Shown here: positions 1 through 8,820 of the stretch, piece after piece
How the letters are laid out: each line of letters begins with the position of its first letter
Numbering within the stretch: the stretch's first letter is position 1
NCBI GenBank assembly: GCA_050249955.1
Contig: JBFWPN010000005.1
Coordinates: 331,739-395,738 of the forward strand
Reading direction: 5' to 3'
Length of the DNA stretch: 64,000 nt
DNA from: Vicinamibacterales bacterium
GTDB lineage: Bacteria; Acidobacteriota; Vicinamibacteria; Vicinamibacterales; CAVVIG01
Program-made: the position numbers and the translations under genes
The notes under the pieces: generated by a model
Database searches by the model: none
What the model saw: the letters and a program-made list of their open reading frames with translations, nothing else
Told to the model about the DNA's origin: nothing

Positions 1-306
1 GCTGTAGAGCAGGGAGGCCAGCACGAGCCCCTCGAATGTGAAGGCGAGCCCGTGGCCGGTCAGGGCGAGCCATGCGCGCCCGAGCGGGCTGTCAGCCCCC
101 ATCGCCACCAGCATGTAGAAGCCGAGCACGGTCGGCGGCAGCACCAGCGGCAGCGCCACCACCGCCTCGAGCAGGAAGGTCCAGCGCCGGCGCCGGAAGG
201 TCATCCACCAGGCGAGCGGGATCCCGACGATGAGCAGGATCACCACCACGACGGCGGCGAGCCGGATGCTGAGGGCGATCGCCTGCCAGTCGATGCCGGG
301 CGTCAC
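1..306 (-). CDS. modB: Molybdate ABC transporter permease ModB, N-terminal part (gene continues beyond window start)
   Basis: Reverse translation from GTG at 306 reads VTPGIDWQAIALSIRLAAVVVVILLIVGIPLAWWMTFRRRRWTFLLEAVVALPLVLPPTVLGFYMLVAMG..., a ModB/CysTW-type permease N-terminus. GTGA start/stop overlap with modA. Absent from the ORF track because it is open at the window edge. Confidence 0.8.
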   Translation of the reverse strand, partial: MTPGIDWQAIALSIRLAAVVVVILLIVGIPLAWWMTFRRRRWTFLLEAVVALPLVLPPTVLGFYMLVAMGADSPLGRAWLALTGHGLAFTFEGLVLASLLYS

Positions 307-1070
307 GGCCGGGACCCGAAGCCTGCCGTACGCAGCAGGAGCAGGATGTCGGGTTGACCCAGGAAGGCGAGAAAACGGGCGGCCATCCCGGCCTGGCGTG
401 AGCGCGTGAGGACGACAGCCGTCTGCGCAATGCGCGGATACGCGTCGTCGGGCAGTTCGACGGCCGAGCCGGCCTGCTTCATACCGGGCGCCTGCGTGAG
501 GGAGAGCGCGACGATGGCCACATCCGCATTGCCGGTCTGCGCGAACTGCGCCGCCTGCGCCACGTTCTCGCCCAGCACAAGGCGGCTCCGGAGTCGGTCG
601 TACTGGCCCGCACGTCGGAGCGCCTCGACCGCCGCCCGGCCGTAGGGCGCGTGCTCCGGGTTGGCAATGGCGATGGTCCGGATGCGAGGGTCGGCCAGTG
701 CCGACAGGCCGGACGCGAGGGAAAGCCCGCGATCGGTCCGGCTCCAGAGCGCAAGCCGTCCGGTGGCGTAGCCGGTGACCGAACGCGCGTCGGCGTGGCG
801 CGACGCAACGAGACGGTTCACGTACTCGGCGTCAGCGGAGAGGAAGACGTCGAAAGGGGCGCCCTGCTGAATCTGGCTCACGAAGTTGCCGGACGAGCCG
901 AACGAGACGCGAACGACCTGTCCGGTGGCCCGCTGGAATCGCGCGGCGATCTCCGGCAGCACGGGCTGCAGATCCGAGGCGGCCGCCACGGCCAGCTGGG
1001 CCGATGCCTGGGCGGCCACGAGAGCGACGAGGGCGGCACCAGCCAGGACGTGCCTGAGGCGGATGAGCAT
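303..1070 (-). CDS. modA: Molybdate ABC transporter periplasmic substrate-binding protein ModA
   Basis: 255 aa with a signal peptide (MLIRLRHVLAGAALVALVAAQASA) and ModA-like blocks (VSFGSSGNFVSQIQQGAPFDVFLSAD, ANPEHAPYGRAA). Sits immediately upstream of the modB permease. Confidence 0.85.
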   Translation of the reverse strand: MLIRLRHVLAGAALVALVAAQASAQLAVAAASDLQPVLPEIAARFQRATGQVVRVSFGSSGNFVSQIQQGAPFDVFLSADAEYVNRLVASRHADARSVTGYATGRLALWSRTDRGLSLASGLSALADPRIRTIAIANPEHAPYGRAAVEALRRAGQYDRLRSRLVLGENVAQAAQFAQTGNADVAIVALSLTQAPGMKQAGSAVELPDDAYPRIAQTAVVLTRSRQAGMAARFLAFLGQPDILLLLRTAGFGSRP

Positions 1071-1078
1071 CGAAGCGG

Positions 1079-1100
1079 ATTATATCGAAACCCATTTCGA
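1079..1100 (-). promoter_or_regulatory. Candidate modA promoter -10 (TATAAT on minus strand, 1079-1084) abutting a perfect inverted repeat TCGAAA-N4-TTTCGA (1085-1100)
   Basis: Read directly: minus strand ...TCGAAATGGGTTTCGATATAATCCGCTTCG-ATG. The -10-like hexamer ends 8 nt before the modA ATG. No convincing -35. Confidence 0.3.
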
Positions 1101-1216
1101 GACGCTTTGGACCGGTTCTGTGGGCCACTCGGGACACTTCATGTCGATGGCGGCTGGCGCGGCGAGGTCATGCGCCCGGCGAGCCGGCGGGACCGGCGCG
1201 CACGCGTGGGGGACGG

Positions 1217-3268
1217 TCAGGGGGCGGTGGACGATGCGGGCACCGGAGCTGGCGACGCATGTTCGACCATCGAGAAGGCCACGAGCACCGACGCGGTGGC
1301 CAGTTGGTCGGGTCGGCCGATGACGGCCACGCGGTCTCCGGCGCGGAGCATGGTGTCCGGCCCCGGGTTGCCGATGAGTGCGCCGTCGCGTTCGGTGGCG
1401 ATGACCGTGGCACCCGAGAGACCGCGCAGGTTCGCCTCGGCAATGGTCAGGCCGGCCGCCGGGCTGTCCGGGGCCACGAGGAGCCAGTCGAGCTCCAGGT
1501 CCCCGGCCGTCAACTTGCGCACCAGCGCCATCTCATCGTCCGCGTGCCCGCCCGTCACCTCGCGGCCGCGAATCTCGTCGGCAAAGGCCTGGATACGCCG
1601 GGCCGGGAAGCCAAGGGTCAGCAGCGCCGCGCGCATGGTCTGGAGACCGGCCTCGAACTCCGGGCGCACCAGTGAGGTGGCTCCCAGCTTCAGCAGGTGG
1701 CGTGCACCGGGCTCGGTGCTCGTTCGCGCGATGATTGGCAACGGCTTCTCGCGGTGCCCCTCGATGTCGCGTGCCGTGGCCACCACGATCGCCGCCACCG
1801 CTTCGTCCGGCACGGTCACCACGAGTGCGCGGGCGCGGTCGAGCGCCGCGTGATGCAGGATTGTGGAATTGGCGGCGTCGCCGTACAGCGTGGGCACGCC
1901 GTCGCGCGCCAGTGCCTCGACCCTCGTGGAGTCGGAGTCGATCACGAGGCGGGGCACGCCAAGGGTGCCGAGAATCTCGGCGAGGTGATGACCGACACGT
2001 CCGGACCCCACGATCACCACGTGATTCCGCATCGTCTCGTCGACGGCCGCCGGAGCCCGGCGCCCCTCGCGGTTGATGATGCGCCAGATCGACGGGTAGT
2101 ACTGGAGCCGCCGCTCGATGGGACCAATCAGCCGGAACAGGAAGGGATTGAGCGTGATCGAGACGATCGCCCCTCCCAGGATGAGCGCGTACTGGGACTG
2201 GTCGAGCATGCCCAGTCCCACGCCGGTCTGACCCACGATGAACGAGAACTCACCGATCTGGCCCAGGCCCGCGCCCACGATAAGACCCGTCCGCGCGGGG
2301 TAGGGGAACAGGAACGACAGCCCGGCTCCCAGCGCGCTGTTGCCGAGCACGATGAAGGCGGAGAGCGCCAGTTCTTCGTGCCAACGCGCGGCGAGCTCGA
2401 GCGGGTTGACGAGCATGCCGACCGAGACGAAGAAGAGGACGGCGAAGGTGTCGCGGAAGGGGAGGAGCTCGGCGTGCAGCTGGTGGCTGTAGGGTGAGTC
2501 CGAGACGATCACGCCGGCAATGAAGGCACCCAGGGCGAGCGACACGCCGAACCACCGCGCGGACGCGAGCGCCGTGCCCAACGCGATTGTCAGGGCCACG
2601 AGCATGAAGAGCTCGTGCGACTTCAGGTGCACGACCCGCCGCAACAGCCAGGGGACGGCGCGCGTGCCCACCACGAGCATCAGACCCACGAACACCCCGG
2701 CCCGAAGCACCGCCATCAGGGCGCCCGTTCCGCCGGTGTCGGCCCCGGGGCGGCTCGCCGCCAGCGGCAACAACACCAGCAGTGCGACGGTGGCCAGGTC
2801 CTGGAACACGAGCCAGCCGATCGCCACCCGGCCGTGCAGCGTCTCGAGCACACCGAAGTCCATGAGTGCCCGCAGCAGGACGACCGTGCTGGCCACCGAC
2901 ACCGCCAGGCCGAGGACCAGGCTCGCCTGCGGCGTCCAGCCCCACGTTCGGCCCAGTGCGAAACCGAAGCCGGCGGCGATGGCCATCTGGAGCGCCGCGC
3001 CAGGCAGCGCGATCGACCGCACGTTCCACAGATCCTTGAAGGAGAAGTGCAGGCCGACGCCGAACATCACGAAGACCACGCCGAGCTCTGCCAGCTCGGC
3101 GATGGTGCTCTGGTCACCGACGAAGCCTGGGGAGTACGGGCCGATGGCCACTCCCGCCATGAGGTAGCCGACGATTGTGGGGAGGCCCAGGCGCGCCGCC
3201 ACGACGCCCCCGACGAGGGCGAAGCCGAGGGCCACGGCGATGTTGAGCAGCAGCGGGAGTTCGTGCAT
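1217..3268 (-). CDS. CPA2-family cation:proton antiporter with C-terminal RCK (TrkA-N / TrkA-C) domains (KefB/YbaL-like)
   Basis: 683 aa. Multi-TM N-terminal half (MHELPLLLNIAVALGFALVGG...), then a Rossmann GxGxxG (VVIVGSGRVGHHLAEIL) and a TrkA-C-like end (LRAGDRVAVIG). Confidence 0.85.
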   Translation of the reverse strand: MHELPLLLNIAVALGFALVGGVVAARLGLPTIVGYLMAGVAIGPYSPGFVGDQSTIAELAELGVVFVMFGVGLHFSFKDLWNVRSIALPGAALQMAIAAGFGFALGRTWGWTPQASLVLGLAVSVASTVVLLRALMDFGVLETLHGRVAIGWLVFQDLATVALLVLLPLAASRPGADTGGTGALMAVLRAGVFVGLMLVVGTRAVPWLLRRVVHLKSHELFMLVALTIALGTALASARWFGVSLALGAFIAGVIVSDSPYSHQLHAELLPFRDTFAVLFFVSVGMLVNPLELAARWHEELALSAFIVLGNSALGAGLSFLFPYPARTGLIVGAGLGQIGEFSFIVGQTGVGLGMLDQSQYALILGGAIVSITLNPFLFRLIGPIERRLQYYPSIWRIINREGRRAPAAVDETMRNHVVIVGSGRVGHHLAEILGTLGVPRLVIDSDSTRVEALARDGVPTLYGDAANSTILHHAALDRARALVVTVPDEAVAAIVVATARDIEGHREKPLPIIARTSTEPGARHLLKLGATSLVRPEFEAGLQTMRAALLTLGFPARRIQAFADEIRGREVTGGHADDEMALVRKLTAGDLELDWLLVAPDSPAAGLTIAEANLRGLSGATVIATERDGALIGNPGPDTMLRAGDRVAVIGRPDQLATASVLVAFSMVEHASPAPVPASSTAP

Positions 3269-3306
3269 CCGTCTGCTGAGCGTACAACGATTCCCTTACG
3301 GCCGGG

Positions 3307-3696
3307 CTACTCTTCAGATTCGAGGTCGTTGCTCGCGCCGTCGTCGATCCGGTCCGGTTCCTCGTCTGCACCGGCAGGCGGGGCACCGGTTGTCCACTCC
3401 ACCGGGCGGCTCAGTTGCCACAGCAGGCGGCTGGCGGCGACGATCGCGAGGCCGGCTGCCCCTCGCCTGGCCCAGCGCCGACCCGGGCGTGATGTCTCCG
3501 CCGGTCCTGCCGGCGTGCTGGGGGAACCCGACGGACCGGTGGAGCGACCGGCCCGCGGGCGGGCGACACTTCGGCGTTCACCGGGCGGCACCCACCGCGA
3601 AACGTAGGTGAAGCTCTCGGAGGTGCAGACCGGACAGTGCGCGGCGTTGTGGATCTCCTCGCAGTTGAGGCAGAGGCGGGCATGACGAAGCTGCAT
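3307..3696 (-). CDS. Hypothetical zinc-ribbon protein with a disordered middle, a weak hydrophobic segment and an acidic tail
   Basis: Internal ATG at 3696 of ORF 3307..4062 gives MQLRHARLCLNCEEIHNAAHCPVCTSESF... (CxxC...CxxC). The upstream part of the track ORF is only antisense to the repeat gene. Confidence 0.45.
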   Translation of the reverse strand: MQLRHARLCLNCEEIHNAAHCPVCTSESFTYVSRWVPPGERRSVARPRAGRSTGPSGSPSTPAGPAETSRPGRRWARRGAAGLAIVAASRLLWQLSRPVEWTTGAPPAGADEEPDRIDDGASNDLESEE

Positions 3697-3823
3697 GCTC
3701 CTGCCGCATGCCACCGCTGTGCCGACTAAACCTTTCACCGACAGGGCCGGTCCAACTCGACAGCCAGCGCAGACGTAGACAACGGTCGATGTGGGGCCCG
3801 CACGGTCGGGTCGGGAGGGGACG

Positions 3824-4129
3824 ATGCGAGCAGTGATGAAGATGGCGGCAGTCGGGATGGTGATGCTGTTCGGTGTGGCCAGTGCCGTGGAGGCCGCGCC
3901 GCGCGGCCGTCGGGCGGACGGAGAAATCCGGCAGGACCGCCGCGAGATCCGTCGGGACCGTCGTGAGATCAACAGGGACCAGCGGGAACTGCGCCGCGAC
4001 CGGCGCAACGGCGTTCCGCAGGGTGAGATCCGGGAGGACCGGCGCGAACTTCGGGAGGACACGCGCGAGCTCCGGGAGGACCGGCGGGAACTCCGTGAGG
4101 ATCGGCGCGAGCGGCGTCCGCGTCGCTGA
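3824..4129 (+). CDS. Small secreted, highly charged heptad-repeat protein (hypothetical)
   Basis: GGAGG lies 5 nt upstream of ATG 3824. Signal peptide MRAVMKMAAVGMVMLFGVASAVEA, then about 9 heptads of the type (I/L)R(E/R/Q)DRRE. Confidence 0.6.
   Translation: MRAVMKMAAVGMVMLFGVASAVEAAPRGRRADGEIRQDRREIRRDRREINRDQRELRRDRRNGVPQGEIREDRRELREDTRELREDRRELREDRRERRPRR
3923..4111 (+). repeat. About 9 imperfect tandem 21-nt repeats encoding the heptad xRxDRRE
   Basis: EIRQDRR EIRRDRR EINRDQR ELRRDRR ... EIREDRR ELREDTR ELREDRR ELREDRR are visible in the translation and as repeated gag-ctc-cgg-gag-gac-cgg-cgc units in the DNA. Confidence 0.7.
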
Positions 4130-4177
4130 CGGGCGGCGTGATTTCGCCAGGCGCCCCGGCGGGGTTATCCTGCCGTC

Positions 4178-4999
4178 GTGATTCGCGGGACGAAGGCTGG
4201 CTGGGGCTCGAGGCGCGCGTGGCGTGTGGTGATTGCCGTGGCGCTCGCGATTGCGGTCGCGAGCGTCGCGGCCGCCCAGCGTCGTCGATTCTTCTACGGG
4301 TGGGACGAGTCCGTCAGGAATGCGCCGTACGACGGGCGGTTCATCTTCGCGCGCGTCCGCTACACACCCGCGCCTGGCGGCAACTGGGCCGGCGGACGGC
4401 CCTCCTGGGTGCACGGCTATCCGCTGGCCGAGATGAACCTCATGCAGATCATGCGTGAGGTCTCGATGCTGGATGCCCACACGGAAGAGATGAACGTCGT
4501 CACGCTCGACGACCCGGCACTCTTCACCTACCCGATTGCCTACATCATCGAGGTGGGGTGGTGGACCATGACCGACCGCGAGGTGTCGGGGTTGCGCGCC
4601 TACCTGCAGAAGGGCGGCTTCCTGATCGTGGACGACTTCAAGGTGGCCGGCTGGCGGGGCCTCCCGGGCGGCGGATGGCAGCCGTTCGAGGACAACGTGC
4701 GTCGGGTGCTGCCCGGCGCACGGTTCTACGACATGAGCCCGAGCGATCCGATCTTCCACTCGTTCTTCGACATCGCCACGCTGGACGACTTTCCGCAGGC
4801 CTACACCTACGGGAAGCCGGTCTTCCGGGGCGTGTACGAGGACAACGATCCCCGGAAGCGCCTGCTGATGATCGTGAACTACAACACCGACGTGTCGCAG
4901 TACTGGGAGTGGTCCGGGCGCGGCTTCCGGCCGTTCGACGACACCAACGAAGCCTACAAGCTCGGCGTGAACTACCTGATCTACGGGCTGACGCACTGA
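4178..4999 (+). CDS. DUF4159-like domain protein with an N-terminal membrane anchor
   Basis: 273 aa. TM segment (WRVVIAVALAIAVASVAAA), then YDGRFIFARVRY...W.HGYPLAEMNLMQIM...PIAYIIEVGWW...GGFLIVDDF, which I recall as the DUF4159 pattern. Confidence 0.7.
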   Translation: MIRGTKAGWGSRRAWRVVIAVALAIAVASVAAAQRRRFFYGWDESVRNAPYDGRFIFARVRYTPAPGGNWAGGRPSWVHGYPLAEMNLMQIMREVSMLDAHTEEMNVVTLDDPALFTYPIAYIIEVGWWTMTDREVSGLRAYLQKGGFLIVDDFKVAGWRGLPGGGWQPFEDNVRRVLPGARFYDMSPSDPIFHSFFDIATLDDFPQAYTYGKPVFRGVYEDNDPRKRLLMIVNYNTDVSQYWEWSGRGFRPFDDTNEAYKLGVNYLIYGLTH

Positions 5000-5048
5000 G
5001 CGATCAGGGGCCCTGCGCCGACCGCGCGCCCGATGTCCGGCAGCGGCG

Positions 5049-7166
5049 TCAGCCGGTCTCCGTACCGCGTTCCGCGGGCACGAAGGAGACACCGGCCGTC
5101 TCCCTGGCCACCCGTGCAGCCCGCTGGGCTTCATCCGCCAGCACCTGCTGCACCCGGAACGGCTCCTCGCCCGGACCGGCGACCACGCGTTCGTACGTGC
5201 CATCGGCCCGTAGCCGTCTGGCCTTCACGTTGTCGCGGAACATGGCCCGCAGGGCATGCAGGACCCGCAGCTTGTGCTCGCCGCGCTCCACCGGGACCAT
5301 CAGTTCGATGCGCTTGTCGAAGTTCCGGGTCATCCAGTCGGCGCTGGCGAGGAACAGTTCCTCCTCGCCGCCGTTCAGGAACCAGTAGACCCGCGAGTGT
5401 TCCAGGAAGCGGTCGACGACCGAGACGACCTCGATCGTCTCGCTGTGCCCGGGCACGCCAGGCCGGAGCGCACAGATGCCGCGCACGTTCAGCCGGATGA
5501 CGACACCGGCACGTGAGGCGGCGTAGAGCGCCTCGATGATCTCGGCGTCGATGAGCGAGTTCATCTTCGCCATGATCTCGGCCGGGTGCCCGGCCTCGGC
5601 GCGCCGCCGCTCGCGGTTGATCAGGCGCAGGAATCGCTCGCGCAGGCCGGTGGGCGCCATCGTGAGCTTCTTCAGCCGTGGGGGATCGGAGTAGCCGGTC
5701 AGTGCACTGAAGAAGGCGCTGGCATCCTCGGCGATGGCGGCGTTCGTGGTGAGCAGGCCGAAGTCGGTGTAGATGCGGGCGGTCCGTTCGTTGTAGTTGC
5801 CCGTGGCCAGGTGGACGTAGCGGCGGAGCCCCTCGCGGGTCCGCTTCACGATCTGGCAGATCTTCGCGTGCACCTTGTAGCCGCGGATGCCGTAGATGAC
5901 GTGCGCGCCGGCCTCCTCGAGTGCGCGTGCCCAGCGGATGTTCCGCTCCTCGTCGAAGCGGGCCGTCAGTTCCACGACCACCGTGACCTGCTTGTTGCGT
6001 TCGGCCGCCCGCCGCAGGCTGGCGATGATCGCGGAACTCGGGCTCGCACGGTAGAGCGTCTGCTTGATGGCGAGTACCTCGGGGTCCGACGCTGCCTGTG
6101 CGAGAAGGGCGACCACCGGATCGTACGAGTCGTACGGGTGATGCAGCAGGATGTCCTTCGCCTCGATGAGGGAGAACATGTCGGTAGGCGCACCGTCGAG
6201 CAGGGGCACGGGCTGGAGCGGCCTGTCGCGCAGCTCCGCGTGCCCAGGTACGTCGACCAACTGCATCAGCACGCGCAGGTCGAGCGGGCCGTGCACGGCA
6301 TAGACGTCGGCATCGGAGATCTCCACCTGCTCGCAGAGGAGCGCCACGAGTTCCTGGGAGGCGCCGGCCTCGATCTCGAGCCGCACCACGTCGCTGATGC
6401 GGCGCCGACGCAGCTCGCGTTCGACCCGCTCGAGCTGGGTGACGCCGCCTTCGTCATCGAGCTCGAGCTCGGCATCGCGGGAGAGCCGGATGGCAGAGGC
6501 CTCGGCCACACGCTGGCCCGGGAAGAGGTGAGCCAGGTGGAGCCGGATCAGGTCCTCGAGCAGGATGTAGCGGTCGCCCTCACCGCCCGCCACATGGACC
6601 AGGCGCTGCAGTCCGGGCGGCACCTGCACCACCGCCAGCCTCCGCTGCGACTCGTCGCCGGCCGGTTCGAGCAGGACGGCGATGTTGAGCGAGAGCGATG
6701 ACAGGCGGGGGAAGGGCCGCAGCACATCGATCGCGAGCGGCGTGAGCACCGGAAGCACGCTGTCGCGGAAGTAGGCCGACAGGGCCGCCCGTCCCGCCTC
6801 CGGAAGGTCGCCGACACTCGCGACGTGGATCCCGTGGGGCTGGAGCGCGGGGAGCAGCGTGGCGGTGACCAGGCGATACAGCCGCTCGACGAAGCCATGC
6901 GCCCGGGCGCCCACGGCGGCGAGCTGCTCCTGTGGTGTCATGCCGCAGAGGTCGGGCGCGGCCTGGTGCTCGGCGATGGCGCCCTTCAGGCCGGCCACGC
7001 GCACCATGAAGAACTCGTCGAGGTTCGACGCCACGATCGCGGCGAACTTCAGGCGCTCGAGCAGCGGGGTGGTGGGGTCTTCGGCCTCCTCGAGCACGCG
7101 TTCGTTGAACGCCAGCCAGGAGAGTTCCCTGTTGAAGTACAGCGCGCGGGCGCGCGGGCCGGCCAT
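5049..7166 (-). CDS. ppk1: Polyphosphate kinase 1
   Basis: Internal ATG at 7166 of the 1084-aa track ORF gives MAGPRARALYFNRELSWLAFNERVLEEAEDPTTPLLERLKFAAIVASNLDEFFMVRVAGLK..., a classic PPK1 N-terminus. About 705 aa. One-nt TGATG overlap with the ppx stop. Confidence 0.9.
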   Translation of the reverse strand: MAGPRARALYFNRELSWLAFNERVLEEAEDPTTPLLERLKFAAIVASNLDEFFMVRVAGLKGAIAEHQAAPDLCGMTPQEQLAAVGARAHGFVERLYRLVTATLLPALQPHGIHVASVGDLPEAGRAALSAYFRDSVLPVLTPLAIDVLRPFPRLSSLSLNIAVLLEPAGDESQRRLAVVQVPPGLQRLVHVAGGEGDRYILLEDLIRLHLAHLFPGQRVAEASAIRLSRDAELELDDEGGVTQLERVERELRRRRISDVVRLEIEAGASQELVALLCEQVEISDADVYAVHGPLDLRVLMQLVDVPGHAELRDRPLQPVPLLDGAPTDMFSLIEAKDILLHHPYDSYDPVVALLAQAASDPEVLAIKQTLYRASPSSAIIASLRRAAERNKQVTVVVELTARFDEERNIRWARALEEAGAHVIYGIRGYKVHAKICQIVKRTREGLRRYVHLATGNYNERTARIYTDFGLLTTNAAIAEDASAFFSALTGYSDPPRLKKLTMAPTGLRERFLRLINRERRRAEAGHPAEIMAKMNSLIDAEIIEALYAASRAGVVIRLNVRGICALRPGVPGHSETIEVVSVVDRFLEHSRVYWFLNGGEEELFLASADWMTRNFDKRIELMVPVERGEHKLRVLHALRAMFRDNVKARRLRADGTYERVVAGPGEEPFRVQQVLADEAQRAARVARETAGVSFVPAERGTETG

Positions 7167-8731
7167 CAGCCTGCCACCCCGGCCGATCGCACGATCAGCT
7201 CGCGGCCGAAGACCTCGACGAAGAGGTCGGTGCGTGCCGTGCCAGCCAGTTGCTCCATGGTGATGTCGCCGCTGCCGAGCAGCTCGAGCACCCACGGCCG
7301 ATCGTCGCGCAGCAGGCGCAGGTCGCGTACCTTCTGCAGGTGCTCGGCGTCGAGGGCGTTGGCCAGCCGGAGGATGGCCGCCAGCTTGTTCACCAGCATC
7401 CGCTCGGTCTGGTCCAGTTCCATGTAGGGCAGGTGGCTGCGCTGCGGGAGGTTGCCGCGATGGTAGCGCGCCACGTTGGCGACCACCGCGGTCTCGTCGC
7501 TCGACAGCCCGAAGATCTGCGACGCCGCGAGCAGGTACTGGGAGTGCTTGTGGTGCGACCGGAGGCTCACATGAATCCCGACGTCGTGGAGCAGGCTGGC
7601 AGTCTGCAGCAGGAGCCGTTCGCGCCCCGAGAGCTTGTGCTCGTCCTGCAGCAGGTCGAAGATCCGCGTGGCCAGCATGGCGACGTGCCGCCCGTGCGCG
7701 CGGTCGAACCGGAACCGGCTGCCGAGCGCCTCGGCGCTGGCCAGTACCTGGTGCTCGAAGTCGCGCGCCGCCGCCTGCGCCTCCGGCGCCGCGAGGTCGA
7801 TCAGCAGTCCGGACCGGAGCGAGGCATCGGAGACGATGACCCGGCGGGCGGCCGTGTCCGACAGCAGCGTCGCGTAGATCATCATCGACGGGATGAGCGT
7901 GTCGGCCTCCACGCCGGGCAGCCGGAACTTCGCCGCCAGCTGATCGTCGTCCAGCGTCTCGATGTCGGCGGCGAAGGCGAGGAGCGCCTCGCGCGGGATC
8001 TCCCGCACCTGCTCGGCGCCGTCCTGGGCGTGGATGTGCGACGAGGCCAGGCGGATGTCGCCACCCACGGCAATCACCTGCGTCACCTTGTGCAGCGGAA
8101 TCTCGGCCCTGATCTCGTCGACGATGTTCGCGATGATCCGCTTGAGCAGCGCCACCTGCAGTTCGGGGTTGTACCGGCGCAGTTCGAGCCGCTGGCGGAA
8201 ACGCACGGCACCAAGCGCGTAGACCCCGGAGCGCACCGGCTGGCCGTAGCGGAGGAGGGTGAGGCTCGTGCTGCCGCCGCCCACCTCGGCGATGAGCGTC
8301 CATGCGCCCTTCAGCGCCGGGTGGCGGCCGAGCGACTCCCGGACGGCGAGGTAGAGGAGGCGGGCCTCCTCGGCCTCGTTGATGATCTCGAAGGAGAGGC
8401 CGGTTCGGGCGCGGACGCGGTCGAGGAACAGGTCGCCGTTGCGGGCCTCACGCACGGCGCTGGTGGCCACGGCGCGCACCTCGGTGACGCCGTAGCCGTC
8501 CATGATGTGGCGGAATCCGTCGAGCGCGGTGAAGGCGCTGTCGGCCGTTCGTGGCTTGATCACACTCTGGCCGGAAAAGGCGTCACGACCGAGCAGCACG
8601 CCACGCGAGGCCTGCTCGAGGACCTTCACGCGGCGATCGGCTGCGATCTCGGCGATGACCAGCCGGATCGCGGTCGCGCCCATGTCGAGCACGGCCACGA
8701 CGCCGGCGGTCTGATGCATTGGCTCCGTCAT
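7166..8731 (-). CDS. ppx: Exopolyphosphatase / pppGpp phosphohydrolase (Ppx/GppA family) with a C-terminal HD domain
   Basis: 521 aa. AVLDMGATAIRLVIAE, AVATSAVREARNG and EVGGGSTS (ASKHA fold), then LLHDVGIHVSLRSHHKHSQYL (HD). Operon with ppk1. Confidence 0.85.
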   Translation of the reverse strand: MTEPMHQTAGVVAVLDMGATAIRLVIAEIAADRRVKVLEQASRGVLLGRDAFSGQSVIKPRTADSAFTALDGFRHIMDGYGVTEVRAVATSAVREARNGDLFLDRVRARTGLSFEIINEAEEARLLYLAVRESLGRHPALKGAWTLIAEVGGGSTSLTLLRYGQPVRSGVYALGAVRFRQRLELRRYNPELQVALLKRIIANIVDEIRAEIPLHKVTQVIAVGGDIRLASSHIHAQDGAEQVREIPREALLAFAADIETLDDDQLAAKFRLPGVEADTLIPSMMIYATLLSDTAARRVIVSDASLRSGLLIDLAAPEAQAAARDFEHQVLASAEALGSRFRFDRAHGRHVAMLATRIFDLLQDEHKLSGRERLLLQTASLLHDVGIHVSLRSHHKHSQYLLAASQIFGLSSDETAVVANVARYHRGNLPQRSHLPYMELDQTERMLVNKLAAILRLANALDAEHLQKVRDLRLLRDDRPWVLELLGSGDITMEQLAGTARTDLFVEVFGRELIVRSAGVAG

Positions 8732-8820
8732 GCGTGCCGGTCGGCCGGCAGTTCATGCTACCCGAAAGGCCGGGACGGATGAGGTCCGTGTAACGCCCGG
8801 GTAACGTGTGGGCGCCTGAC

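Noticed and set aside
1071-1216. Possible Moco riboswitch upstream of modA
   Set aside because: The region is short (146 nt, shared with the kefB-like gene terminator side), and I could not identify the conserved Moco-motif elements. The TATAAT box so close to the ATG argues against a long structured leader.
3578-5203. 541-aa minus-strand ORF covering the repeat gene and the DUF4159 gene
   Set aside because: Low-complexity Arg/Pro/His-rich translation, antisense to two ORFs with recognisable domains. This is a typical high-GC antisense open frame.
5049-8303. 1084-aa ORF suggesting a giant N-terminally extended PPK
   Set aside because: The first ~379 aa are Arg/Ala/Gly/Pro-rich nonsense read out of frame across ppx. 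The PPK1 consensus N-terminus starts at the internal ATG 7166, which abuts the ppx stop.
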